Made by a program: the position numbers and the translations under genes
Source of the DNA: Neocallimastix sp. 'constans'
Taxonomy: Eukaryota
NCBI GenBank assembly: GCA_050613775.1
Contig: JBODTK010000110.1
Coordinates: 310,001-374,000, forward strand
Direction: 5' to 3'
DNA length: 64,000 nt
The notes under the pieces: generated by a model
The model's input: only the letters and a program-made list of their open reading frames with translations
Database searches by the model: none
What the model was told of the DNA's origin: nothing
Shown: positions 27,292-41,790 of the stretch, piece by piece
How positions within the stretch are numbered: position 1 is the first letter of the stretch
Layout: each line of letters starts with the position of its first letter

Positions 27292-30200
27292 ATGAACCAA
27301 GCAAATAATCAAGGCTTCTTAAGAAACACTCAGAAAACAGTAAATGATCCACCACTGTTTTCTGGTATCAAGAGGGAATTCGACGGGTTCCTAACCAGAG
27401 CCGAAATTGCTATGGAATCCAACCCACATGGAATTAATAATGACATCGCAAAAGTCAAATTCTTAATTTCTTATTTAATTGGAGAACCTTTAGACTGGGC
27501 TTCGTCTTTGAGACGCAACAATGACGAAATTTTGAATTCCTATGAAAATTTCATTAATGAACTTAGAGCTCGTTATGGTGAAGAAGAAGTTAATACTGTA
27601 ATTGCTAATGGGAAACTTTGTTCAATCCGTCAACATAAGTTTGGCCGCGTTAACGATTACATTAATGAATTCAATAAAGTTGCAAGAAACTCAGACTTCA
27701 ACGAGTCTGCAAAAATATACATGTTTATCAAAGGATTACATTATAAAATGAGAGAACATCTTGCCGTGGTCAATCCGAACCCAAACAATTTAAGAGCTTT
27801 GTTTACTGACGTTATTAGCATTGAGAGTTTAACCAAAAGACACAGTATTAATGAATTTTATTTTCATCAATACAATCACCGAAACAACGCTAGTTCCAGT
27901 ACACAACTCACTAATAATGATCCCATGGAAGTTGACCTCTATCGAATCAAGAGAGGTCAAAGGAATACCAACTATTTCCCATCCAACAAGAAATTGTACC
28001 AGGAGAATGTTAACTCTAAGGAAGAAGAAAGAAGAAAAGGTCTTTGCTACTATTGTAAGCAACCAGGGCATCTTAAATTTAATTGCCCGAACAAGAAGAG
28101 GCCCGCTACAGTTAAAATGATCAACAAGAAAGAAAGAAATGATAATATTGCATCTACTAGCTTAAGAAGAATCAGAAGAATCAACAGCCAAGAAGATATT
28201 TTGAAAGTCAGAAAAATTGTTGAAGAGCAAAACTCACTCTTGACCAAGAAAAGTAACATTATTGATTTTTATATCAAAACAAACGATACAGAAGAAGTAA
28301 AGGCAAGAGTTTTGATTGATTCTGGATCAGATCTTAACTTTATTCACCCAGAATTTGCGAAGGCTTTTGGAATCAAAACCCAACAAATTGAAGAACCATT
28401 CCGTGTTACTGGTCTTGGTTACGGAATATCAACAGTTAAAAAGGAAACGGAGAAGTGCATTTTACGTTTAAAAAATCACTTAGAAATCATTCAATTGTAT
28501 GTACTCAGAATTCCTGATGTTGATATTATTTTAGGTCTACCTTGGATTGAGAAGCATTCGCCTTATAATTACCACGACGCAAAGAAGATCTCCTTTGGCT
28601 CAGGATTTTGCGCTAGACACTGTAATAACGGTAAAAGAAAAAGAAAGAACAAGATCAAGAACAAGAAAAAGAACAAAGGAAAAGAATCTGCTACCGACTT
28701 GGAAGAAAATAAAATTATTGAAGACTCAAGAAAAAGAAAATCTTTCTTTGAATCCGATTCCGAATCTGATTCTGAAGAAGAAATTTCTATTCGTGGCCGC
28801 CGAACTCGTATTAGAACTTGTACTGAATTTATTAATAGTGATAGCGATAGTGATATTAATGATACTTTTATGTTAGATAATTTTAGTGATAGCATTAGTG
28901 ATAGCGATAATTTTAGTGATAGTGATGATATTATTGTTATGAATTGTGATAGTAAAATTAGTAAAAATAGTTTAAAGATCTTAAAGAAAATTTGTGAATC
29001 AAGTAAATGTAAGAAATTAAATGTAATTGAAAAATGTAATAATGAAAATAATAATTTAAATAAAGATGATGAAAAGGTCGAAGTACCTGAAATCTATTTG
29101 ATGTTTAAAGAAGTGTTTAATGAAAATAATTGTAATGTGTTACCTCCGCATCGTAATTATGATTGTGAGATTAAATTAAAAGATAATTGTAGTTTATTTT
29201 ATGGACCGTTGTATCCTTTAACTGAGACGGAGAGAGAAGAATTAAAGAAATATTTAGAAGAAAATTTAAAAAAGGGTTTTATTAGAAAATCTTCTTCTCC
29301 CGCTGGAGCACCTATTTTATTTGTTAGAAAAAAGGATGGTACATATAGATTAGTTATTGATTATAGAAAATTAAATGAAATGACCATCCGTAACTCTTAC
29401 CCTCTTCCTTTAATTAGTGAATTGTTGGATAGAGTTAAAGGTGCTAAATATTTTACTAAGTTAGATTTAAAATCTGCCTATAACTTAGTAAGAATTAAAG
29501 AAGGTGACGAGTACAAAACTGCCTTTCGCACAAGATATGGGCACTTTGAATATCTCGTTATGCCTTTTGGGCTTAAGAATGCCCCTGCTACATTCCAACA
29601 TTTTATAAATGATGTTCTCAGTGATTACTTAGATGATTTTGTAATCTCTTATATTGATGACATTTTAATTTATTCTAATACTTTAGAAGAACATCATGTA
29701 CATGTCAAGAAAGTTTTAAGAAAATTGTTAGAGAATCATTTAGTTGTTAAATTAGAAAAGTGTGAATTTGATGTAACTGAAACTACTTTTCTTGGTTATG
29801 TTTTATCAAGAGATGGAATTGAAATGGATAAAGAAAAAGTTAAAGCAATTTTAGATTGGCCTGTTCCAACAAACGTTAAAGAAATTCAATCGTTTATTGG
29901 ACTTTGTAATTATTACAGAATTTTTATTAAAGACTTTGCGAAAATTGCAAATCCTCTCCACAAATTAACTAGAAAAAATGTTCCTTTTAATTGGAGTTCT
30001 GAACAACAAAAAGCGTTTGATACTTTAAAAGAATTATTTACTACTGCTCCTATTTTGAAACATCCTGATAGCAACAAACAATTCATTGTTGAAACTGATG
30101 CTAGTAATTTTGCTGTTGGTGCAATTCTTTCTCAGGAATTTGATGGGCATTTGCATCCAATTGCTTTTATTTCTACTAGCTTAACTAAATCCCAAAGAAA

Positions 30201-32061
30201 TTACCCTATCTATGACAAAGAACTTCTTGCTATTAAAGTTGCATTGGAAGGATGGAGACATTACTTAGAAGGAGCTCGCCATCAGTTTATTATTTATACT
30301 GATCATAAGAATTTAACTTTCCCTCGAAAACCTGAACTTCTTTCCCAACGCCAAATTCGTTGGTATGAATTCTTATCTAGATTTGATTTTAAACTAATTT
30401 ACAGAGCTGGTAAAAAGTCAGGTAAACCAGATATTTTATCAAGACGTAGTGATCATTTATTTGCTAGTGTTCGTCCTATTTCATGCGTTATTAATTCATG
30501 TAGTTTTAAGAATGATTCTTTAATCTCCTCTATTCATGATTCTCTAGCTAATGATGAATTCTATTGCAAAATAACTGAATTTCTTAAAAATGATAATTCA
30601 AAAGATCCCCCTTTTAGTAAAATCGATAAATTTTCTCTTGACAAAAATGGTTATTTACTTTTTGAAAATTTAATTTATGTTCCCAATAAAATTAGAATAA
30701 GAGTTTTAGAACTCCATCATGACTCTATTTCTGCTGGTCATTTTGGAATTAATAAAACTATTGAACTTATTTCTCGTAATTTCTGGTGGCCTAAATTACA
30801 AAAAGATGTTAAAATGTTTATTAAATCTTGTGAAATTTGTTCAAAATCCAAAATCCCAAGACATAAGCCATATGGTTTACTTTCTCCACTTTATACACCA
30901 AATAGAGCCTGGTCTGCTATCTCTATGGATTTTATTGTTGAACTTCCGAAATCCAAAGATATGACCACTATAATGGTTGTTGTGGATCGCTTAACTAAAA
31001 TGGCTCATTTTATACCATTTAGATGTCTTCCTACTGCTTCTATTGCTGCTGATTCTTTCATTGCTAATATTTTTAAACTTCATGGTTTCCCCGATTCTAT
31101 TATTTCTGATCGTGGTTCTCAATTTACCTCTGATTTTTGGAATCGTCTTTGCTCTCTTTTAAATATTAAGCATTCTTTTTCTACTGCTAATCACCCGCAG
31201 ACTGATGGTCAAACGGAGAGGGTGAACTCGATATTGGAACAATATCTTCGTTGTTTCATTAACGAAAAACAAAATAATTGGTTTGATTTATTACCTTTTG
31301 CAGAATTTTCTTATAACAATACTTTACAACAATCAATAAATCAATCACCATTTTTTGCAAATTATGGATTTAATCCAAAGTTTAATCCTGAGATTCCTTC
31401 AAACGAGAATCCACATAGAGCTGAAAAAAGAATATTGAATATTAACGAAAACATAAAGTTTTTAAAAGAAAATTTAGAACAAGCGAAAAAGACTTATAAA
31501 AAATATGCAGATTTAAAAAGAATAGATTCTCCTGATTTTAAAGTAGGAAATAAAGTTTATCTTTTAAAGGGTAATACAACAAAGAAAAATAAAAAATTAT
31601 CTGATCAACTAATAGGACCCTTTGAAATCATTAGAAAAGTTAGTGATTTAGCGTATGAACTTAAACTTCCTAATAATATGCGCTGTCACCCTGTATTCCA
31701 TGTTTCGCTCCTCGAACCTTACCATGAAAATGAATTCCCAAACAGAAGAAATACTCGTAGAAGAAATATTAATCTTACTACGGATACAATTAATAGAAGT
31801 CCTGAAAGAATAATTAAAATGAAAACTTTTAACAATAAAAATCGTTACTTGATTAAATGGAAAGGATGCGATTCTAATGAAAATACTTGGATCGATGAAG
31901 ATCAAATTTTTGATAAACAATTAATACAAGAATACTATAGAAAAGAAAAGAAGAATAAATCTTCGAATATTAACAATGAATTTTGCCAACTACCTGAAGA
32001 TTCGAACGAGTACTATGTTAGGCATAAATATCAACCTTTTGTGATCGATCTTCCTTCCTAA
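27292..32061 (+). CDS. Gypsy Gag-Pol polyprotein (Gag, Zn knuckle, protease, RT, RNase H, integrase, chromodomain)
   Basis: First ATG at 27292 (frame open from 27241 or earlier). Motifs: CYYCKQPGHLKFNC; LIDSGS; MPFGLKNAP and YIDD; ETDAS/DKELLAI; HHDSISAGHFG..CEIC; SDRGSQF/DGQTER; GPF; chromodomain YLIKWKGCDSNENTWIDE. Confidence 0.96.
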   Translation: MNQANNQGFLRNTQKTVNDPPLFSGIKREFDGFLTRAEIAMESNPHGINNDIAKVKFLISYLIGEPLDWASSLRRNNDEILNSYENFINELRARYGEEEVNTVIANGKLCSIRQHKFGRVNDYINEFNKVARNSDFNESAKIYMFIKGLHYKMREHLAVVNPNPNNLRALFTDVISIESLTKRHSINEFYFHQYNHRNNASSSTQLTNNDPMEVDLYRIKRGQRNTNYFPSNKKLYQENVNSKEEERRKGLCYYCKQPGHLKFNCPNKKRPATVKMINKKERNDNIASTSLRRIRRINSQEDILKVRKIVEEQNSLLTKKSNIIDFYIKTNDTEEVKARVLIDSGSDLNFIHPEFAKAFGIKTQQIEEPFRVTGLGYGISTVKKETEKCILRLKNHLEIIQLYVLRIPDVDIILGLPWIEKHSPYNYHDAKKISFGSGFCARHCNNGKRKRKNKIKNKKKNKGKESATDLEENKIIEDSRKRKSFFESDSESDSEEEISIRGRRTRIRTCTEFINSDSDSDINDTFMLDNFSDSISDSDNFSDSDDIIVMNCDSKISKNSLKILKKICESSKCKKLNVIEKCNNENNNLNKDDEKVEVPEIYLMFKEVFNENNCNVLPPHRNYDCEIKLKDNCSLFYGPLYPLTETEREELKKYLEENLKKGFIRKSSSPAGAPILFVRKKDGTYRLVIDYRKLNEMTIRNSYPLPLISELLDRVKGAKYFTKLDLKSAYNLVRIKEGDEYKTAFRTRYGHFEYLVMPFGLKNAPATFQHFINDVLSDYLDDFVISYIDDILIYSNTLEEHHVHVKKVLRKLLENHLVVKLEKCEFDVTETTFLGYVLSRDGIEMDKEKVKAILDWPVPTNVKEIQSFIGLCNYYRIFIKDFAKIANPLHKLTRKNVPFNWSSEQQKAFDTLKELFTTAPILKHPDSNKQFIVETDASNFAVGAILSQEFDGHLHPIAFISTSLTKSQRNYPIYDKELLAIKVALEGWRHYLEGARHQFIIYTDHKNLTFPRKPELLSQRQIRWYEFLSRFDFKLIYRAGKKSGKPDILSRRSDHLFASVRPISCVINSCSFKNDSLISSIHDSLANDEFYCKITEFLKNDNSKDPPFSKIDKFSLDKNGYLLFENLIYVPNKIRIRVLELHHDSISAGHFGINKTIELISRNFWWPKLQKDVKMFIKSCEICSKSKIPRHKPYGLLSPLYTPNRAWSAISMDFIVELPKSKDMTTIMVVVDRLTKMAHFIPFRCLPTASIAADSFIANIFKLHGFPDSIISDRGSQFTSDFWNRLCSLLNIKHSFSTANHPQTDGQTERVNSILEQYLRCFINEKQNNWFDLLPFAEFSYNNTLQQSINQSPFFANYGFNPKFNPEIPSNENPHRAEKRILNINENIKFLKENLEQAKKTYKKYADLKRIDSPDFKVGNKVYLLKGNTTKKNKKLSDQLIGPFEIIRKVSDLAYELKLPNNMRCHPVFHVSLLEPYHENEFPNRRNTRRRNINLTTDTINRSPERIIKMKTFNNKNRYLIKWKGCDSNENTWIDEDQIFDKQLIQEYYRKEKKNKSSNINNEFCQLPEDSNEYYVRHKYQPFVIDLPS

Positions 32062-32098
32062 AGTTAATCTCGCAGGAGCTCGACTTAAAGGGCGAGAT

Positions 32099-32870
32099 TG
32101 TAAAGATATTATTAATATCTTTAAATAATTTTAATTAAATTTAATCATAAATTTAAGTAAAATTAAAATAAATTTATTTGAAATCACGTGTATAAAATTA
32201 TTGAAAATATTTTTAACATAATTTCGATTTTTTTCCCAATCATACTAATAAATTAAAAATTTCTCTTGTGAAACTAGTATTTGAAAATCATTTCTTTTTA
32301 TGTAATTTAATTTAAATAATAAGAGTTAAGGTTTTTCACAAGATAAATTAACAACATGAAACTATGCAATTAGTCATGTTGAAACTTACGGCATTTTATG
32401 CTAAATTTATATTAAATAATTATGACAACTTTTATATTATTTTTAAATAGAAAATATATAATAAATTTACTAATAATATTTAAATAATAAATAAATAATA
32501 AATGAACTCAATTAGAATTGATTATATTTATTTTAGTTATTAATTATAATTCTCTTTATTTAGTAATAGTTAATTATTTATTATTAGTTTAGGTTAGTAC
32601 TGTTTTAAATAAATAGCTAGATAATATAATTCAATAGGAATTATATATTATAAATGCAATAAGATAAAAATATAAATAGTTATCAAATTTCATGTATTTT
32701 AATCGATGTAATTGTTATTAACGATTTCTTGTTAATAACACTTTAAAATAAATAAAGATTTTAATATTTAAAAAATTAATAAAACTTGTTCTTTAAAACT
32801 ATTATTTTGTGTTTTAGTGTTATTATTGAAGTGTTGATTTATAATCTATTTTTTTTATCAAAACTTTATA
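32099..32870 (+). repeat. Gypsy 3' LTR (772 bp)
   Basis: Direct repeat of 25255-26026. Confidence 0.96.
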
Positions 32871-32875
32871 TATAC

Positions 32876-32925
32876 CATATTCCATAAGGAATATTATTAT
32901 AGATCTAAATTTAATAAAGCTAACA
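32876..32925 (+). repeat. Copia 3' LTR, last 50 bp
   Basis: catattccataagg...aaagctaaca matches 19241-19290. Confidence 0.95.
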
Positions 32926-33006
<81 letters not shown>

Positions 33007-33123
33007 TTTATTATTTTTATTATTATTATTTATATATTTATTTATTTATTATTATTATTTATTATTTATTATTATTATTATTTATTATTATTATTTATTA
33101 TTATTATTATTTATTATTGTTAT
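32926..33123. repeat. (TTA)n microsatellite, right flank of the copia insertion
   Basis: Directly visible; degenerates distally. Confidence 0.9.
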
Positions 33124-34650
33124 TAAAAAATAATAATAAATATAAAAAATTATAGAAAAGATAGCATTGATTTAGTGTAACATGATTTATATTTTATTTG
33201 AATTTTTATTGGTTTGGTTTTAATGATAAAAAAAAAAAAAATTACTCGATTATACGAACTAAATATAAATTTTAAAATATTTCATTTATTATTTATATAT
33301 AATATCTTTAATTATTTTTATTTTTATTTTTGTTTTTTATTTGATTTTGCTTTGATTTCTTGTTATCTTTTTATTTATTTATTTATTTATTTATTTTGTT
33401 TGTTTGTTTGTTTGTTTGTTTGTTTGTTTTAAAAATATTTTTTAATAATATTTAAAAATACTATCTCATTATTATTATTATTAAAGAAAAGGCTTTTATT
33501 AAATATTTACATTCATAAAAATTTTAATAAAATTTAACAAATTATAAAGGCCTTGACTTTATTATAATAAGTAATGATAATAGTATTTATAAATATTAAA
33601 TAATTGAATAAGATATTTTATTTCAATATATTAATTATATAAAAAATTTATTATTTTCAAAAATATTAACATTTTATTATTATCATTACTATATAATTAA
33701 TATTGTATTATTATTAATTGACATTATTAATAATAATACAATATTACTTATTAATATTAGTATTTATGTTTATATTTAAATATTTTATATATATTTTTAT
33801 TATTAATATTACTTTTTATTAATATTAATTATTTAATATTTTAAAATATATACAATATAAAATGAGTCTTAACATAAAAATATAATATATGATATCAATA
33901 TAATAGCAATATAATAAAATGAAATTTCTCTCATTCCTTTTATTTTTATTTTTTTAATTTTTTAATTTTGTATTTTTTTTAATTTTTCTACACATGACTT
34001 TTTTTTATATATAATTTTTAATAACCTTGCCATCATTTTAAATTTGGCAAGTTTTATAATTTTATCATATATTATTTTATGATTTTTTTTCCTTCATTAA
34101 TTATTTTTCCTTTTATTAAAAAGATGTTCATTTATTTATTTTATTTATTTATTCTTTTATTTATTATATCAAATTTTAAATATATTTTTATATTAGCTAA
34201 AATATAATTAAGAAACTTTCTTATTATTATTATAATATAAAATATATTTACATATTATTTAAAGTACATAAAAATAAATATAAAAAAAATTACTATCATT
34301 ATTATTGTATTATAATATTATAAATAAAAGTATGAAAAAAATAAAAAGTTTTAAAATTATTATATGAAATGAAAATATCTTAAAAAACTTAACACAAAAA
34401 AAAAAAACTTTCCTGTTATGTTAACTTCATCATAATTATAAAAAAGAAAAAAGAAAAAAAAAAAAAAAAAAAAAAAGAAAATTTTCTTTTCTTTTTTAAT
34501 ATAAAATTTCATGCATTAATTTTATTATGAATTGAATTTATAATATATACATAATTAATATAAAATTTTAAATCCGTTTTAAAGAAGGAAAAAAATAAAT
34601 TTTATTTTTATTATAATATTAATTGTCATTGTAATTATTATTTTTAAATT

Positions 34651-34690
<40 letters not shown>

Positions 34691-36417
34691 ATAAAATAAT
34701 GATAAAATATTATTTTATATTTTTTTTAATATTAATTTCTTTCATTATAAGCATTTTCATTATTATTTATTATTTTGAAAATAGTTTATAATAATTTATA
34801 ATAATTATTTTTATAAAGCTGTATAATATTAATAATAGAAAAGATAAAAAAAAAAGGAACTTTTAAAAATAAAATTTTCCTTTTTTTTTTTTTTTTTTTA
34901 TTTCCAATCAACTTTTAATTGAGTCACGTTAAATAAATTATTATATTTATTATTATATATATTCCTTTTTTATTTTAATATATTTGATGTTGTTTATTTT
35001 TATTCTTTTTTTTTATTTTTTTATTTTATTTTATTATATTTTAAATCAAAAATAAATAAATAAAAAAAAAAAAGAAATAGAAAAAAAAATTTTAAAGTTT
35101 TTGATTTTAACTTTCCTTTTTTGTCAACTTTTGTAATTTCAATATTGAAAAATGATATTCCTTTTTTTTTTTTTTTTTAATATTTAATATTATTGGCTAT
35201 TAGTCTCATGGTTTGTTTGTTATAAACTGCATTTGACAATGAATTATATTTATTTTTCCAGTTGCAGAAAAAAAAATTTTTTTTTTTACTTATATAAATA
35301 TTATATATTTTAATTATAATTATTAATATAATAATAAATATATAAATAAATAAATAAATTAATATATTAATATATATTTTAATAGATAAATAATATGAAA
35401 TATATTAATAATTTATTTAATAATTATTGATTTTAACTTTTTTTTTTAAAAAAAAGTAAAAATTATTAAACGGAGACATTTTCTTTAATTTATTTTTTTA
35501 ATTTAATATAATGTTTATAAAAAAAAAAATTACTATATTTATATTTATAATAAAAAGAAAAGTTTTTGTGGATGTTTTTTTTTTTTTTTATTTTATTTTT
35601 ATCAAAAACACAAAAAACAAAACATAATATTATTAATATATTAGTAATTATATAAATAATAAATAATAAATAATATAGTTAATATTAACAATTAATTATA
35701 TTGTATAATAGTAATACTATTACAAAAATTTTTATTATTAATACTAATTTTTTTTTTTTAATGTTTTGCCTTTTTTTCTTTACTAAACAAATAAAACAAT
35801 AAAATAAAATACTGATAAAGTCAAGCCAAAGATATTAATAATCACTTTTATACTTTTGTTATAATTTATTATTTCATTTTAAAATAATTACTACTTTTTT
35901 TTTGATATATTAATATATATTATTAATACTTTTCAGAATTTAATTCACAAAAAAAAAAAATAAAAATAAAAAATAAGATTTATCTTTTTTTTTGTTTGTT
36001 TGTTTGTTTGTTTGTTTCTAATTTTATTACTTTTATATTTATGTGTATATATTTATTTACCTTCGTGTTTCAAATGAAAAATATCTCATATATATTAATT
36101 TTTTATTTTCTTGATTTTTAATCGTCTTAATCATTTATGTTTTACGTAAAAATATATATAATATATAAAACAAAATAAATAAAATAAATATATATATTAT
36201 ATATAAAAGTATAAAAAAAAATTATATTTAATATATATTTATATATATATGAGCTACATTAAATTCTATTCGTGTATTAAAATCAAACTAATATTTTATT
36301 GGCTAATATTTAAATTTTACATTAAATTTTAAAACATAAAATTAAAAAAAAAAAAAAAAAAAAATCCAATATGAATATGATTAAGTAAGGGGATGACATA
36401 TATAATATAAAATATTA

Positions 36418-36555
<138 letters not shown>

Positions 36556-37129
36556 TAATATGATAAAATACAAATATATTATTTTTTTTTTTTAAAAAAA
36601 AAATTTTAAAACAAAAAGTTTTAAACAAATTAAATTTGTAATAAAAAAAAAAAAAAAAAGTAAAATAATATAATAATATTTATGATACTTTTCTTTTGAT
36701 TTTATTTTATTTTATTTTATTTCATTTTATTTTATTTTGATTTTGATATGAATATTAACTACTAATAAATATCTTCATAATAATCTAATTTTTTTTAGAG
36801 GAAATAACTTAAATTATCGATTAAGGAAAATAAAATTATTTATTTTTACTATAGAGATAATAATAATAATAATATATCTGATTATATTTTCTTTAAAAAA
36901 AAAAAAAAACCTTTTTTTATATTTAAAAAGTACCAATATAAAAATAAATAAAAAATAAATAAAAAACAATTAAATATAAAAAAAAAATAAAAAATAAAAT
37001 AAAAATAATAATAAAAATAAAAAAAAAAAAATCATATAATTTTATTCATTTTAATATCTGTTGTTTTTTGTTGTTTGCTTTTTTTTTTTTTAATTTTTTT
37101 TTTTTTTAATTTTTTTTTTTTATTTATTA

Positions 37130-37183
<54 letters not shown>

Positions 37184-37383
37184 AAAAAAAAAAAAAAAAT
37201 GTGTGTTTATTATAAGCAATTTTATTCGTAACAAATATGATTTATCCTTTTTTTTTTTTTTTTTTTTTTTTTTAATTATTATTATTATTATTAAAACTTT
37301 AACATATAATATATTTATAATTATTTTTATTTATTTATTTATTTATTCATTTATTTTTTTTTTTTTTTTTTTTTTAAATTTAT

Positions 37384-39468
37384 TTATTTATTATATAATG
37401 TATAAGGTGATGGACCGTAACGTCCACCACATCTGGATTCCGTATTATAAATTGATGAATAAGCTGCCGATTGTTGTTGATGAATTAAATAGGAAGATGA
37501 ATTGAACATGGTATTATTGGAAGATAGATAATCTGATGAAGGTGGGGGAGGATATACTGGTACAACGACTGGTGGATGAGTGACGAGTTGACGACGTTTT
37601 TTCTTCATTGCTGCAAATTTTGCTGCTGGAATAGTACATACTGCAGCACTACTAAATTTATATTCATTTGTATTATGAGTTAATTGATCTAACAATATTA
37701 ACATAGGAATTAAAAAAAAAAAATAAAAAAAAAATAAAAAAAAATTATTTTAGAAAATTAAAATATAAAATAGATAAAATGAAAAGATTTAAAAATAGTT
37801 TGGATTGATTAATATAAATATATATTTTATATAAAAGAAAATTATAGAATAATAATAATAATAATAGAATAAAATAAAATAAAAATTTATGTATTTAAAT
37901 ATATTTATTATAATTTTTCAAAAAAAAAAAAAAATAAAAAAAAATAAAAAATAAAAAAAAAAAATTAATAATAATAATAATAAGAATAAGAATATAAAAA
38001 AAAATATATTTCATTATAAAAATAATAACAATAAAAATAAAGAAAAAAAAAATAAAAATAAAATAAAAAATACATATAGATATATAATATTTTTCATTTT
38101 TCATTTTTCATTTTTTTTTTACCATTTTGTTTTTGATCTTTTTGAGAAGCCATTTCCATTAATACTTTATGTCCTGGAGAACGGAAACATTTTTTTCGGG
38201 TGACAGAAGGTTCCGATATTGGAAGTTGAACAAATTCTAATTGGAAATTATTCGTATTATTATTATCCCAGTAGGTACAGTGATTCACTTCATAACGAAT
38301 AGCAAAAGACATAATAATTGGATGATCCGCAAAATGTGGAACAAGAGAATGATTAAAGGCATTAAATTGAGAAGTCATATCAATTGTAAAGGTAAATAGA
38401 TCTAAACCAACATCACTATAGAAGGCAGTACCATTAGTGACAGCACTTGTATAAACGGCAGGAGTTTCCTTTGACGTATTCCAGTTATCAAGTGTATAAC
38501 GAATAAATACTAATTTATGATAAGCTAAATTCTTTACTTGTATGGTACCTTTTAGTATACTGCCATCCACTAATTCAATACTTTCTAATCCCATAACATT
38601 ACTCATCATATCGAAGGGGGTAAATACAGGAATATTTATAAGACAAATACCATTCTTATATATTATTTCTTCTGGTTCTTTTTCAGGGGTTTCAGCAGTT
38701 AAATCTTTTGAATCAGGGACAACAAATTGTGGACTTTCTCCAATATCTTCAGGTTTATCAAGACATTCAAATAAACATACCATTTCTAAATCATTACTGA
38801 ATTGAACAGATTTACGATGACCAGGGAAATTTGGTGATTTTAGAGAAGATTTTCTTCTTCTACGTCCAGAGGGAGAAGAAGAACGACTACTATAACAACT
38901 CGTTGAATCATCTGAAACAAATCCAGAATCATTAGCTCTATCTGGCGAGGAATATAAACTTTCATCTTCTTCATCTTCTTCCTTTTTATCTTCATCATAA
39001 ACTTTTACCACTTCTTCCTTTTTCTCTGTACTTTCTTCTGATTTTGGTGATTTATCATATTCACTTTCATTATTACCATTACTATTAGTATTGTTATTAC
39101 CATCATTATTATTATTATCATTATTATTGGTATTGGTATTAATTACTTCAACCTTTGTTTCTTTATCAGTAAATGTTTGTTCTTTAACTTCTTGCTTTTC
39201 ATTAATAATGCTACTATCTTCAATTTCAATTTTAGTTAATTGTTTAATAGTTGTTGTTGTCGTTGTAGTTATTGTTTCAGTTAAAAGTGTAGTGGTCTTT
39301 ACAAAAGTATTATTACCATTATCATTTTCATTACCCATTGATGATTCTTTATTTTTTATTTTTTATTTTTTTTTTTTATTATTATTTTTGTTATATAAAA
39401 ATATTAATTAGAATATATATATATATTTTAAATATAAAGATAAATATATTATAGATAGACAGAATTAA

Positions 39469-39554
<86 letters not shown>

Positions 39555-40029
39555 TTTATATATATTACCTTCTTTAGTACTTTTCTGCTTTTCAATTACA
39601 GTAAGAACTTTATCATTTTCTTGATCCTTAACATTTTCATTTTTTGAAAGAGATTCTAATTCAGATTTTGATTCTGTTTTTGGACTATTCATAATCTTAT
39701 CATTTAATTCAGAACAATGATTACTTGGTGAAACAATTTCACCCAAAGATAACGCTTTACTTTTTTCTATTAATTCTTTGACTTCCTCTAATGTTTTTTC
39801 AATATTATCAATACCATCAAATGAAGAATAATTTGTTGAAACATTGGTCATGTTTGGAATAGAAATTGATTGAGGGGTATATTGAGAAGTTTTCATTAAT
39901 ATATTATTTGTATTATTTGTATTATGATTTTGATGATTTAATTTTGAATTTTGATTATTTCCTATTAAATATATATGTATTAATAAATTAAAAATGATAT
40001 AAAAATAAATATATAATAAATAATACAAA

Positions 40030-40060
<31 letters not shown>

Positions 40061-41165
40061 GAAAAAAAAAAAATTATAATAAAATAAAATAATAAACATA
40101 AAAAAAAATATATACATATATAGATTGTTAATATATAGATATAACTATTTATAATATTTTAAAATAAAAATATTATATTTGTAATATTTTATTTTATACT
40201 CTTCTTTAAGAAATTTTTTTTTTATTATTTATTTATTTATTTATTTATTAAATTTAAAAATTATATTTACCACAATAACAACAGAAAGAAGATTTCATTT
40301 TTGAATTTAAAGCAGGCATATTGGTTGTTTCATATAAGAATGGATTTTCAATATAATGTTCATGATGATTATGATTGGATTTTTGATGATCTAATGGAGA
40401 TATTAATTCAATATCTTCTATTTTTGTTAATTCTGACATATTATTGACTTGATTCACTTCACTTATCTCATTATTATTCGTCAAATTATTTACATTTTGG
40501 TGGTCAGGATCTTCTATTTCAGTGGTTTGATTTACCATACTTTGAAAGTTAATGTTATCAAAATTATTTGTTTTAATGGTTTCTCCTAATTTATTTAACG
40601 GAAATAGAGAGAGCATTTCATTTTCGGTTTCTTGGGGTTTTAATGGACTTAATTCTGAAGAAGGTATATAATTTTCCATGGATGGGTTTTCAGAGTTGGT
40701 GTAGAAATTTATTTTATCGTTTAAAATTGATTTATTACTTTTTAATGGTGAACTATTTGTATCGAATAATTGATTTTGTAAATAAAGTTTATTTGACTTA
40801 TTTATACTAATAGGAGATGAATGGATACTGAAATGAGGTTTTAAAAAATTTTTATCGTGCGTACAATGTACGGTCACTGGTGTAATTATTGGAACACTAA
40901 AATTTGAAGATTTAATACGATTAAATATTGAAGTCTTAGTTTTATCGTTTCTATTAAAATTTTTATAGAAATTATTTTTATAAAATTTATATTTTTTTCT
41001 AATATTATTAATATGATTGCTCGTATTTTTATTATTATTTAAATTTCCATTCGTTTTTTTTAATAATTGATTTTCCGTGTTGTCCGAATATAAAGTTGAT
41101 TCTGTGGGTGATATTGAAATGTTTGTTGGAGGAGGATAAGAGTGAGAATATAAAATAGATGACAT
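37384..41165 (-). CDS. CBM21-domain PP1 glycogen-targeting subunit, copy 2 (4 exons, about 938 aa)
   Basis: Exons 41165-40271, 39961-39569, 39346-38123 and 37688-37384 join in frame via GT-AG phase-1 introns. Motifs: RVxF (HRKSVQF) and CBM21 (GTIQVKNLAYHKLVFIRYTLDNW, FAIRYEVNHCTYWDNNNTNNF). Confidence 0.88.
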
Positions 41166-41751
41166 TGTTTTTATTTTATTTTTTTTTTTTTTAAAACAAT
41201 TTATTTATTTAATAAAATTTTCAAACCAAAAAGAAAAAAAAAATAGTGCGTATGTATAGGTATGTTTGTAAATACGAATTTAATTATTTATATAAATATT
41301 TGATAAAAAATTTTTTTTATTTTATTGTAATTTGATTTTTGGGAGAGAAATTTTTTTATGTATTCAGAAAAATAAATAGATTTAAAAGTATATATAAATA
41401 AGAAACTATTAATTAAAAAATAATTTTAATTCATAAATATATTATTTAATATTGTAGTAAAAAAAAAAAAAAATAAATAAAAAATAATTATTAAAAAATA
41501 TAATAATAAAGATAAAGATATATATTAATATTGATTGTTCATATCCAAATTTATATTTTTATATTATATTATAAATTAAAATAAAAAACAATATCTAATA
41601 GAAAAAACGTTTAATAAAAAAATAAAATTCTATAATAACTAAAAATAAAAAATACTATAATAATAAAATGAAAAAAAAAAAAAAATAAAAAATAAAAAAA
41701 AAATAAACAAATTTAAAAAATTATAATAATAATATTATTATTAATATTAAT

Positions 41752-41790
<39 letters not shown>

